This document shows, piece after piece, positions 22,359 through 31,004 of a stretch of 48,405 bases of DNA (the first letter of the stretch is position 1; every line of letters begins with the position of its first letter). The notes below the pieces were generated by a model. The model ran no database searches and had not been told where the DNA came from. It was given only the letters and a program-made list of their open reading frames with translations. The DNA is from Candidatus Methylomirabilia bacterium (lineage in GTDB: Bacteria > Methylomirabilota > Methylomirabilia > Rokubacteriales > CSP1-6), in contig JBGQEL010000024.1 of assembly GCA_041496385.1 (NCBI GenBank), forward strand, positions 1 through 48,405, in the 5' to 3' direction. The position numbers and the translations under genes were made by a program.

Positions 22359-23348
22359 CTAGGTCTCGTACGCGCGCTCGTACTGGGCGCGCAGGCGCTC
22401 GAGCTCCTCGGGGTCCAGGCGCATGCCGAGCGAGAGGCCCATCTCGCCGAGGATCGTCTTGATCTCGTTCAGCGACTTCTTGCCGAAGTTCTTCGTCTTC
22501 AGGAGCTCCGCCTCGGTCTTCTGCACGAGGTCCGCGATCGTGCGGATGTTCGCGGTCTTCAGGCAGTTGGACGCGCGCACCGACAGCTCGAGCTCGTCCA
22601 CGTTCCGGAACAGGTTCTCGTTGAGCTCGGTCCGCGGCCCGGTCTCGGTCTGGGCCGTCGTCTCCTCCTGCGGCGCGGTCTCGGGGAAGCTCTCGAGGAG
22701 GTGGAAGTGATCCTCCAGGATCCGCGAGGCCTCGGCGACGGCGTCCGCGGGCGCGACGCTGCCGTCGGTCCAGACCTCGAGCACCAGCCGCTCGCGCTCG
22801 CCCGCGGGCTCGACGTGGAAGTTGACGCGCTTGACGGGCGAGAAGTCGGAGTCCAGCAGGATCGCGTTGATCGGGAGCGCCTCGGGCTCGCGCTTCTCGG
22901 CGGCGACGTAGCCGCGGCCGCGCTCGACGCAGACCTCCATCTCGAGCACGCCGTCCTTGTCGAGCGTGGCGAGCGGGACGTCCGGCGTGAGGACGTCGAC
23001 GTCGGCGTCCTTCTCGAAGTCGCCGGCCTTGACCACGCCGGTGCCCTGCGCCTTCAGCCGGAGGATCTTCGGCCGGTTGACGTGCAGCGCGAAGACCACC
23101 TTTCGGAGGTTGAGCATGACGTCGAGCGTGTCCTCGGTGACCCCCGGCAGGTGGGAGAACTCGTGGAGGACGTTCTCGATCTTGACCCACGTGGGCGCGG
23201 CGCCGTGGATGGCCGACAGGAGCGCGCGGCGATAGGCGATGCCGACCGTCAGGGCGAAGCCGTGCTCGAACGGCTCGATCGCGAGCTTCGCGTACGTCTT
23301 GTCCTGAACAGCCCAGTCGTGCCGCGCGGGAAGCTGAAGCTCCAGCAT
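22359..23348 (-). CDS. rpoA: RNA polymerase alpha subunit homologue (stand-alone, divergent; probable second copy)
   Basis: EPFEHG...[42 protein letters not shown]; alpha-[16 protein letters not shown]...NFGKKSL.EIK...GLSLGM. Confidence 0.95.
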   Translation of the reverse strand: MLELQLPARHDWAVQDKTYAKLAIEPFEHGFALTVGIAYRRALLSAIHGAAPTWVKIENVLHEFSHLPGVTEDTLDVMLNLRKVVFALHVNRPKILRLKAQGTGVVKAGDFEKDADVDVLTPDVPLATLDKDGVLEMEVCVERGRGYVAAEKREPEALPINAILLDSDFSPVKRVNFHVEPAGERERLVLEVWTDGSVAPADAVAEASRILEDHFHLLESFPETAPQEETTAQTETGPRTELNENLFRNVDELELSVRASNCLKTANIRTIADLVQKTEAELLKTKNFGKKSLNEIKTILGEMGLSLGMRLDPEELERLRAQYERAYET

Positions 23349-23401
23349 GAGGACCCCCTCGAGGGATAGGGAAGTTGCGGGGCTCGGGCCCCAGGCGAGT
23401 C

Positions 23402-23428
23402 AGTATACCAGAGCCGGGGTGTTACACT
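23402..23428. promoter_or_regulatory. Overlapping divergent extended -10 promoters (rpoA homologue / mltG)
   Basis: Minus strand TGgTATACT (-10 at 23407-23402); plus strand TGtTACACT (-10 at 23423-23428), 9 nt before the mltG ATG. Confidence 0.55.
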
Positions 23429-23437
23429 CGTGGAAGC

Positions 23438-24436
23438 ATGCGGTTGCGTGCCGTCGCCGGTCTCGCGCTCGTCGCAGCCGCGCTCGCCTCGGCCTGGCTC
23501 GCCTGGCAGGTGCTGACCCCTACGCCGGCGCTCACGGCCGGGGCGCGCCTGGTCGAGATCCCTGCCCACGCGGGCATCCTCGCGATCGCCGGCACCCTGC
23601 ACGACGCCGAGGTGATTGAGAGCCCGGCGGGGTTCGTGCTCCTGAGCCTGGTACGGGGCAGCGCGCGGCGGCTCCAGGCGGGCGAGTACGAGGTCGAGCG
23701 CGACACGGGGACCCTCGGCGTGCTCGAGCTCCTCGAGGGCGGACGGGTGAAGCAGCACGCCTTCCTCCATCCCGAGGGCGCGACCGTCGCGGAGCTCGCG
23801 CGCGCGCTCGAGGCCGCGCGGCTCGCGCGCGCGGACGACGTGGTCCGTCTCGCGCACGATCCGGCGTTTCTGAAATCGCTCGCCGTGCAGGCGCCGAGCC
23901 TCGAGGGCTATCTCTTCCCCGACACATACCAGTTCGTGCGCGGGATGACACCCGAGGAGATCCTGACACGCATGGTCCAGCGCCTGCGCGCGAAGCTCGG
24001 GCCCGACCTCGTGGATCGCGCCGGCGCGCGTGGCCTTACCCCGCACCAGCTCCTCACGCTCGCCTCGATCATCGAGCGCGAGGCGGTCGCGCGCGAGGAG
24101 ATGCCGCTCATCTCGGCGGTCTTCTGGAACCGCCTCAAGCTCGACATGCCGCTCCAGGCCGATCCGACCGTGCAGTACGCCGTCAGCAAGGAGCGGCGCG
24201 CGCTCTCGCGCGCCGACCTCCTCGCGGACCATCCATACAACACGTACCGGAACCCCGGCCTGCCGCCGGGGCCCATCGCGAGCCCCGGCCTCCAGGCGAT
24301 CGCGGCGGCGCTCGAGCCGGCACCGGTGAAGTATCTCTACTTCGTCGCGATGGACGATCGCCGGCACTACTTCTCGACCTCGGTCGCGCAGCACAACGCC
24401 GCCGTCGCCCGGTACCGGCTCGCTCGCGGTCGCTGA
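23438..24436 (+). CDS. mltG: Endolytic transglycosylase MltG (YceG)
   Basis: LQAGEY, LEGYLFPDTY, LASIIEREA (catalytic Glu), LQADPTV, PYNTY..PGLPPGPIASPG, YLYFV. Confidence 0.95.
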   Translation: MRLRAVAGLALVAAALASAWLAWQVLTPTPALTAGARLVEIPAHAGILAIAGTLHDAEVIESPAGFVLLSLVRGSARRLQAGEYEVERDTGTLGVLELLEGGRVKQHAFLHPEGATVAELARALEAARLARADDVVRLAHDPAFLKSLAVQAPSLEGYLFPDTYQFVRGMTPEEILTRMVQRLRAKLGPDLVDRAGARGLTPHQLLTLASIIEREAVAREEMPLISAVFWNRLKLDMPLQADPTVQYAVSKERRALSRADLLADHPYNTYRNPGLPPGPIASPGLQAIAAALEPAPVKYLYFVAMDDRRHYFSTSVAQHNAAVARYRLARGR

Positions 24437-24459
24437 CCGTGCTATAAAGCCCCCGCGAC

Positions 24460-25131
24460 ATGGCGCGCTCGTCCGCCCTCGACCAGGTCCTGCGGCCGCC
24501 GACGTCCGCTGAGCCCGAACCGCTCGCCTACCGGCTCCTCCGCGCCCCGGCGCGCCGCCTCTTCGAGCGTGTCTTCGCCCTCTCCGTCGAGGGTCTCGGG
24601 CACCTGCCGGCGACGGGCCCGTACATCGTCGCGGCGAACCACCACAACTATCTGGACGGCGTGGTGCTGCAGCTCGTCACGCCGCGGCCGATCGCGTTCC
24701 TCGTCATGCCGCGTGTCTGGCGCGCGACGCCCTTACATCCGCCGTTTCACCGCCACATCGGCTCGATCCTCATCAACCTCGCGCGGCCCGACGTCGGGGC
24801 GGTGCGCCGGGCGCTCGGCCGGCTCGCCGAGGGCGGCGTGGTCGGCATCTTCCCCGAGGGGCCGTTCAGCGTGCGCGGCCGGCTCGAGCGCGGGCTCCCG
24901 GGCGTCGCGCTGCTCGCGCTGCGCTCCGGCGTGCCGGTGGTTCCGGCGGGGATCGCGGGCACCTACGAGGCGCTCACCGGGCGTGCCTGCTACATCCCGC
25001 GGCGGGCGCGGCTGGCCGTGCGGTTCGGGCCGCCCCGCCGGTTCGTGCCGGACGGGGGCGACGGGCGGAGGTCCGCGCGCGAGCGCGTGACCCGCCGGAT
25101 CATGGACGACATCGCGTCGCTGCTGCCGTGA
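24460..25131 (+). CDS. Lysophospholipid/1-acyl-G3P acyltransferase family protein (PlsC-like)
   Basis: ANHHNYLD (HX4D), IFPEG, PVVPAGI, VRFG. Confidence 0.85.
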   Translation: MARSSALDQVLRPPTSAEPEPLAYRLLRAPARRLFERVFALSVEGLGHLPATGPYIVAANHHNYLDGVVLQLVTPRPIAFLVMPRVWRATPLHPPFHRHIGSILINLARPDVGAVRRALGRLAEGGVVGIFPEGPFSVRGRLERGLPGVALLALRSGVPVVPAGIAGTYEALTGRACYIPRRARLAVRFGPPRRFVPDGGDGRRSARERVTRRIMDDIASLLP

Positions 25132-26564
25132 AGCGCCGCGGCGGGAAACGCGCGCCGCGCGCCGCGCCGCCGGCCAAGCCCGCCGACGCGAAGCCCTGGG
25201 GCGGCCGGTTCACCGAGGCGGCCGACCCGGCCGCCGAGCGCTTCACCGCCTCGCTCGCGTTCGACCGCCGGCTCTGGCCCCACGACGTCACGGGCAGCAT
25301 CGCGTGGGCGAGGGCCCTCGCCCGCGCCGGCCTCCTCACGGCCGCCGAGCGCGACGCGATCGTGGCCGGGCTCGAGGCCGTGCGCGCCGAGCTGGCCGGC
25401 GGCACCTTCCGCTTCCGTCCCGAGCTCGAGGACATCCACATGAACGTCGAGCGCCGGCTCCAGGAGCTGGCCGGCGACGCCGGCGGCAAGCTCCACACCG
25501 GACGCTCCCGCAACGATCAGATCGCGCTCGACGAGCGGCTGTATCTCAGGGATGTTTTGGCCAGCGTGGGCGGCGGGCTGCGGCGGGTCCAGGCGGCGCT
25601 GATCGCGCGGGCGGCGGAGACGCTCGAGCTCCCGCTCCCCGGCTACACGCACCTCCAGCGCGCCCAGCCGATCGTGCTCGCGCATCACCTGCTGGCCTAC
25701 GTGTTCATGCTGGAGCGCGACCGGCGCCGGCTCGAGGATTGCGGCGCGCGCGCCGACGTGCTGCCGCTCGGCGCGGCCGCGCTGGCCGGCACCGCGTTTC
25801 CGATCGACCGGGAGGCGCTGGCGAAGGACCTCGGATTCGCCTCCGTGTCGCCGAACAGCCTCGACGCCGTGAGCGACCGCGACTACGTCCTCGAGTTCCT
25901 CGCCGCGGCGGCGATCGCGGGCATGCACCTGTCCCGCCTCGCCGCCGACCTCACGCTCTGGGCCACGGCGGAGTTCGGGTTCGTCGAGTTCGCGGACGCG
26001 TTCGCGACCGGCTCGTCGATCATGCCGCAGAAGAAGAACCCCGACGTCGCGGAGCTGATCCGCGGCAAGAGCGGGCGGCTCTACGGAAATCTCGTCGCGG
26101 TGCTCACGACGATGAAGGGCCTCCCGCTCGCGTACAACTCGGACATGCAGGAGGACAAGGAGCCCTGGTTCGACACGGTGGACACGCTCGAGGCGATCCT
26201 CACCGTCCTGCCGCCGCTGCTCGCCTCGCTCGCCTTCCGCGCCGACCGCATGCGCCGCGCCGCGGGCGAGAACTTCTCGACGGCGACCGACCTCGCCGAC
26301 TACCTCGTGCGGAAGGGCCTGCCCTTCCGCCAGGCGCACGAGATCGTCGGGCGGATCGTCCGGTACGCGATCGACGAGTCCAAGGGGCTCGAGGACCTCA
26401 CGCTGGCCGAGCTGCGCCGCTTCTCGTCGCAAATCGACGGCGACGTCAAGGACGCGATCACCGTGGAGGCATCGCTCCGGGCCCGCGCCGTGACGGGCGG
26501 GACCGCGCCGGCCGCCGTGCGCCGCGCCCTGGCGCTCGCGCGCACGCTGGTCGCGCGCGAATGA
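25128..26564 (+). CDS. argH: Argininosuccinate lyase
   Basis: WGGRF, EDIHMNVE, LHTGRSRNDQ, PGYTHLQRAQP, GSSIMPQKKNPD, YNSDMQEDKE. Confidence 0.98.
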   Translation: MKRRGGKRAPRAAPPAKPADAKPWGGRFTEAADPAAERFTASLAFDRRLWPHDVTGSIAWARALARAGLLTAAERDAIVAGLEAVRAELAGGTFRFRPELEDIHMNVERRLQELAGDAGGKLHTGRSRNDQIALDERLYLRDVLASVGGGLRRVQAALIARAAETLELPLPGYTHLQRAQPIVLAHHLLAYVFMLERDRRRLEDCGARADVLPLGAAALAGTAFPIDREALAKDLGFASVSPNSLDAVSDRDYVLEFLAAAAIAGMHLSRLAADLTLWATAEFGFVEFADAFATGSSIMPQKKNPDVAELIRGKSGRLYGNLVAVLTTMKGLPLAYNSDMQEDKEPWFDTVDTLEAILTVLPPLLASLAFRADRMRRAAGENFSTATDLADYLVRKGLPFRQAHEIVGRIVRYAIDESKGLEDLTLAELRRFSSQIDGDVKDAITVEASLRARAVTGGTAPAAVRRALALARTLVARE

Positions 26565-27640
26565 GCGCGCGCCGCGGGCTCGGTATCCTGCTCCTCGCGG
26601 TCGCGGTGCTGCCGCTGGCCGCCTGCGGACGCAAGGCGCCGCCCATCGCCCCCGAGCGCCGCCTGCCCGCCGCGGTCGGCGACCTGACCGCCGTCGTTCG
26701 CGAGTCGGCGATCGAGCTCGGCTGGACCAGCCCGACGCGCCGCGTGGACCAGACGCTCCTGCGCGACCTCACGCTCGCCCGCGTCTACCGGGTCGAGGAC
26801 GACGGGCGGGGCGAGCCGAAGCCCGCGCTGCTCTCGGGCGACGTGATCGTGGGCTGGACGGAGATCGTCACGATCCGCTTCGCGGCGCCCGAGCCCGCCG
26901 TGCTCCAGGGCAACCGCGTCCTCCTGGCCGACCGCAGCGGGCTCAGGCTCGGCCGCCGGTACACCTACGTCGTGGTCTCCGCCGACTCCCTCGGCCGCGT
27001 GAGCCCGCCGTCGCCGCGGGCGTCGGTCGCCTTCCTCGCCGCGCCCGCGGTGCCGCTCGACGTGAGCGCGCGGCCCGGCGACCGCACGGTGCGCCTGGCC
27101 TGGCAGCCGCCGGCGAGCCTGATCGACGCGGGTCCGGTCCCCGGCGCGCTCGCCTACGAGGTGCTCCGGGCGCCGGCGCCGGACGCGCCGCTGGTTCCGG
27201 TCGGGCGCGCCGCCTCCGGCGAGCTCGCGCTGATCGATCGCGAGGTGGACAACGACCGCACGTACTTCTACGCGGTCCGGGCGATCCGGAGCGAGGCCGG
27301 CACGCTGGCCTACGGACCGCTCTCCGCGCGCGTTGCGGTGACGCCGCGGAGCACGACCCCGCCGCCGGAGCCGTCGGACCTCGTCGCGATCGCGTCGGAG
27401 GGCACCGTGCGCCTGTCCTGGAAGGCGAGTCCGGGGGGCGACGTCAGCGGCTACGTCGTCTATCGCGCCCCCGTGGGCGGAGCGTTCGTGCGCGTCGGCG
27501 CCGCGCGCGCGCCGGCGGCGACGTTCACGGATCGCGACGTGCCGCCCGGCGCCTGGCGCTACGTCGTGACGTCCGAGGACTCGGCGGCGATCCGCAACGA
27601 GAGCGCGCGCTCGAACGAGGCGGCGGTCCTCGTACCTTGA
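26561..27640 (+). CDS. Lipoprotein with fibronectin type III-like repeats
   Basis: Lipobox LAA-C then GRKAPP; three repeats of the type V.L.W...Y.VYR...D..V....Y.Y.V. ATGA overlap with argH. Confidence 0.8.
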   Translation: MSARRGLGILLLAVAVLPLAACGRKAPPIAPERRLPAAVGDLTAVVRESAIELGWTSPTRRVDQTLLRDLTLARVYRVEDDGRGEPKPALLSGDVIVGWTEIVTIRFAAPEPAVLQGNRVLLADRSGLRLGRRYTYVVVSADSLGRVSPPSPRASVAFLAAPAVPLDVSARPGDRTVRLAWQPPASLIDAGPVPGALAYEVLRAPAPDAPLVPVGRAASGELALIDREVDNDRTYFYAVRAIRSEAGTLAYGPLSARVAVTPRSTTPPPEPSDLVAIASEGTVRLSWKASPGGDVSGYVVYRAPVGGAFVRVGAARAPAATFTDRDVPPGAWRYVVTSEDSAAIRNESARSNEAAVLVP

Positions 27641-27665
27641 CTTCACCGCGACCGGATGCTACCAA
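27637..27665 (+). promoter_or_regulatory. sigma70-type promoter for lysA-dapA-dapB
   Basis: TTGACT-N17-TACCAA with a TG extension, 10 nt upstream of the lysA ATG. Confidence 0.55.
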
Positions 27666-27675
27666 GAACATTTAC

Positions 27676-28926
27676 ATGGAACCCTTCGGCTACCGGAACG
27701 GGGAGCTCTGCTGCGAGCGGGTTCCCCTGCGCGCGCTCGCCGCCCAGGTCGGCACACCCGCGTACGTCTACTCGAAGGCGGCGCTGCTCGAGGGCTACCG
27801 GGAGTACGATCAGGCCTTCGCCGAGGTGCCCCACGTCGTCTGCTACTCGGTGAAGGCGAACGCCAATCTCGGCGTCCTCGCGGTGCTCGCCCGGGCGGGC
27901 GCCGGCGCGGACATCGTGTCGGGCGGCGAGCTCTTCCGCGCGCTCCGCGCGGGGATTCCGGCCGGCCGGATCATCTTCTCCGGCGTGGGCAAGACGGGCG
28001 ACGAGATGCGCGCGGCCCTCGAGGCCGGGATCCTCATGTTCAACGTCGAATCGCTCAGTGAGCTGCGGGCCCTCGACGGCGTCGCGCGCGAGATGGGCCT
28101 CCGGGCCCCGGTCGCGCTGCGCGTGAACCCCGACGTGGACCCGCAGACCCATCCCTACATCTCGACGGGCCTGCGCACCTCGAAGTTCGGGATCCCCTAC
28201 GCCCAGGCGCTCGCGGCCTACGAGGAGGCCGCGGGGCTCAAGGGCGTCGAGGTCGTCGGCGCGGACATGCACATCGGCTCGCAGCTCACGAAGACCGCGC
28301 CCTTCGCCGACGCGGTCGCGCGGATCGCGGCCCTCGTGAAGACGCTCCGCGAGCGCGCGATCGAGGTCCGCATGGTCGACGTCGGCGGCGGCCTCGGGAT
28401 CCGCTACGGCGCCGAGACGCCGCCGAGCCATCGGGAGTACGCGAGCGTGATGCTGCCGGCCCTCCGGGAGCTCGGGGTCACCGTCCTGCTCGAGCCGGGC
28501 CGCTCGATCGTCGGCAACGCGGGCGCCCTCCTGTCGCGCGTTCTCTACCGCAAGGACACCGGCGAGAAGAAGTTCGTCGTCATCGACGCCGCCATGAACG
28601 ACCTGATCCGGCCGTCGTTCTACGACTCCCACCACGAGATCGTGCCGGTCAACGAGGCGCGGCTCGGCGGCCCCGCGGAGCGGGTGGACGTGGTCGGGCC
28701 GGTATGCGAGTCGAGCGATTTCCTCGCGCAGGACCGCGAGCTGGCCGCCGTCGAGGAGGGCGACCTCCTGGCGGTGATGAGCGCCGGCGCCTACGGCTTC
28801 GCGATGGCCTCGAACTACAACACGCGACCCCGCGCCGTCGAGGTGCTCGTCGACGGCGACCGCCACACGATCGTGCGCCGCCGGGAGACCTACGAGGACC
28901 TGGTGGCGGGGGAGACTGCCCTATGA
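27676..28926 (+). CDS. lysA: Diaminopimelate decarboxylase
   Basis: YSVKAN (PLP Lys), DIVSGGEL, THPYISTG...SKFG, HIGSQ, GGGLG, EPGR, GPVCESSD, GAYG..MASNYN. Confidence 0.97.
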   Translation: MEPFGYRNGELCCERVPLRALAAQVGTPAYVYSKAALLEGYREYDQAFAEVPHVVCYSVKANANLGVLAVLARAGAGADIVSGGELFRALRAGIPAGRIIFSGVGKTGDEMRAALEAGILMFNVESLSELRALDGVAREMGLRAPVALRVNPDVDPQTHPYISTGLRTSKFGIPYAQALAAYEEAAGLKGVEVVGADMHIGSQLTKTAPFADAVARIAALVKTLRERAIEVRMVDVGGGLGIRYGAETPPSHREYASVMLPALRELGVTVLLEPGRSIVGNAGALLSRVLYRKDTGEKKFVVIDAAMNDLIRPSFYDSHHEIVPVNEARLGGPAERVDVVGPVCESSDFLAQDRELAAVEEGDLLAVMSAGAYGFAMASNYNTRPRAVEVLVDGDRHTIVRRRETYEDLVAGETAL

Positions 28927-29813
28927 GTGCCCGGTTCCAGGGTTCCTGCGTCGCGCTGGTCACCCCGTTCCGCGGCGGCAAGGTCGACGAGGCGAAGGTC
29001 CGCGAGCTCGTCGAGTTCCACGTGAGCCACGGGACCGACGCCCTCGTCCCCTGCGGGACGACCGGCGAGTCGCCGACGCTCTCCCACGACGAGCACAAGC
29101 GGGTCGTCGAGCTCGTGCTCGAGGCGGCGCGCGGGCGCGTCCCGGTCATCGCGGGGACCGGCTCGAACTCGACGGCCGAGGCGATCGACCTCACCCGGCA
29201 CGCCGAGCGCGCCGGCGCGGCGGGCGCGCTGGTCGTCAACCCCTACTACAACAAGCCCACGCAGGAGGGGCTCTACCGCCACTTCCGCGCGGTCGCCGAA
29301 TCGGTCGCGATCCCGATCCTCGTCTACAACATCCAGGGCCGGACGGCGGTCAACGTCGAGACCGCGACGCTGGAGCGCCTCGTCCGCGACGTGACGAACG
29401 TCGCCGGGGTGAAGGAGGCGTCGGGCTCGCTCGATCAGATGAGCCAGGTGATCGCCGCGTGCGGGCCCGACTTCTCGGTGCTCTCGGGCGACGACAACAT
29501 CACGCTGCCGCTCCTGGCGATCGGCGGCCACGGCGTCATCTCCGTGATCGCGAACCTGGTACCCCGCGAGACCGCGGAGCTGGTGCACGCCGCGCTCGAC
29601 GGCGACTGGAAGCGCGCGCGCGAGCTCCACTACAAGCTGTTCCCGCTGGCGCGCGCCGCGTTCCTCGAGACCAATCCGATCCCGATCAAAGAGGCGATGG
29701 CCATGGCCGGGATGCTCGAGCCCGAGTTCCGGCTGCCGATGTGCCGCATGGGCGACGCCAACCGGGAGCGTCTGCGCGCGGTCCTCACGCCGTACGCCCT
29801 CGTCAAGAAGTAG
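28923..29813 (+). CDS. dapA: 4-hydroxy-tetrahydrodipicolinate synthase
   Basis: ALVTPF, GTTGESPTL, PYYNKP, YNIQGRT, GVKEASG, LSGDD, ETNPIPIK. Confidence 0.97.
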   Translation: MSARFQGSCVALVTPFRGGKVDEAKVRELVEFHVSHGTDALVPCGTTGESPTLSHDEHKRVVELVLEAARGRVPVIAGTGSNSTAEAIDLTRHAERAGAAGALVVNPYYNKPTQEGLYRHFRAVAESVAIPILVYNIQGRTAVNVETATLERLVRDVTNVAGVKEASGSLDQMSQVIAACGPDFSVLSGDDNITLPLLAIGGHGVISVIANLVPRETAELVHAALDGDWKRARELHYKLFPLARAAFLETNPIPIKEAMAMAGMLEPEFRLPMCRMGDANRERLRAVLTPYALVKK

Positions 29814-29822
29814 ACCCTCGGC

Positions 29823-30629
29823 ATGCCCATCGACGTGGTCGTCGCCGGCGCCGCCGGCCGCATGGGCAATCGCATCGTCGCCTGCCTCCGCGACGTCCCG
29901 GAGCTTCGCCTCTGCGCCGCCCTCGAGGCGCCCGGCCACGCGTCGCTCGGGCGCGACGCGGGCGAGCTCGCGGGCGTGGGGCGCCTCGGCGTGGCCGTCG
30001 GCGGCGACCCGGCGGTGGTCCTCACCCGCGACCGTGTGCTCGTCGAGTTCTCGGTGCCCGAGGCGTCGCTCGAGCACCTCCGCCTCGTCGCCGGCGCGGG
30101 CGCGCGCGCGGTGATCGGCACGACCGGGTTCAGCGCCGCCCATCGGGTCGAGATCGGCGACCTCGCCAAGCGCGCCGCCATCCTGGTCTCGCCGAGCATG
30201 TCGGTCGCCGTCAACGTGGCGTTCACGCTGCTCGCGACGATGGCGAAGGCGCTCGGCGACGACTACGACGTCGAGATCACCGAGGTCCACCACCGCTTCA
30301 AGAAGGACGCGCCGAGCGGCACCGCGCTCCAGATGGCCGAGGTCGTGGCGGCGGCGCTCGGGCGCGATCTCGCCGCGGCCGCCGTCTACGGCCGCCAGGG
30401 GCTCCCCGGCGAGCGCACCCGGCGCGAGATCGGGATCCTCTCCGCCCGCTCCGGCGACGTCGTCGGAGAGCACACCGTCTCCTTCGGCGCCCTCGGCGAG
30501 CGGCTGGAGCTCGTGCACAAGGCCCACAGCCGCGACACCTTCGCCCGCGGCGCGCTGCGCGCCGTCCGCTGGGTCGCCGCGCGCCCGCCGGGGCTCTACT
30601 CCATGCTGGACGTCCTCGGTCTCGCCTGA
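29823..30629 (+). CDS. dapB: 4-hydroxy-tetrahydrodipicolinate reductase
   Basis: GAAGRMG, IGTTG, EVHHRFKKDAPSGTA, GDVVGEHTV, HKAHSRDTFARGA. Confidence 0.97.
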   Translation: MPIDVVVAGAAGRMGNRIVACLRDVPELRLCAALEAPGHASLGRDAGELAGVGRLGVAVGGDPAVVLTRDRVLVEFSVPEASLEHLRLVAGAGARAVIGTTGFSAAHRVEIGDLAKRAAILVSPSMSVAVNVAFTLLATMAKALGDDYDVEITEVHHRFKKDAPSGTALQMAEVVAAALGRDLAAAAVYGRQGLPGERTRREIGILSARSGDVVGEHTVSFGALGERLELVHKAHSRDTFARGALRAVRWVAARPPGLYSMLDVLGLA

Positions 30630-30641
30630 GCGGGACGCGCG

Positions 30642-31004
30642 GTGACGGGCGACCGGCTTCTGCTGGAGGACGTCCGCTTCTACGGCCAGCATGGGCTCAC
30701 GCGGGCCGAGCGGGCCGTGGGCGCGTGGTTCTCCGTGGACGCCGAGCTGGCGCTCGACCTCGGTCCCGCCGCCGCGTCCGACGACCTCGCCCACGCGGTC
30801 GACTACGGCGCCGTCGCGCGCCGCATCGTCGAGATCGGGACCAGCCAGCGCGTGAACCTGATCGAGCGGCTCGCCGGGCTCATGAGCGAGGCTCTCCTGG
30901 CGGAGTTCCCCACCCGCGAGGTCCGGGTCCGCGTGCGCAAGCTCACGCCGCCCCTCCAGGGGCTGGTCGGCACGCCGGCCGTCGAGCTCGTGCGGAAGCG
31001 CTGA
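30642..31004 (+). CDS. folB: Dihydroneopterin aldolase
   Basis: FYGQHG...ER, SDDL..AVDYG, NLIERLA, VRVRK; directly upstream of folK. Confidence 0.9.
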   Translation: MTGDRLLLEDVRFYGQHGLTRAERAVGAWFSVDAELALDLGPAAASDDLAHAVDYGAVARRIVEIGTSQRVNLIERLAGLMSEALLAEFPTREVRVRVRKLTPPLQGLVGTPAVELVRKR

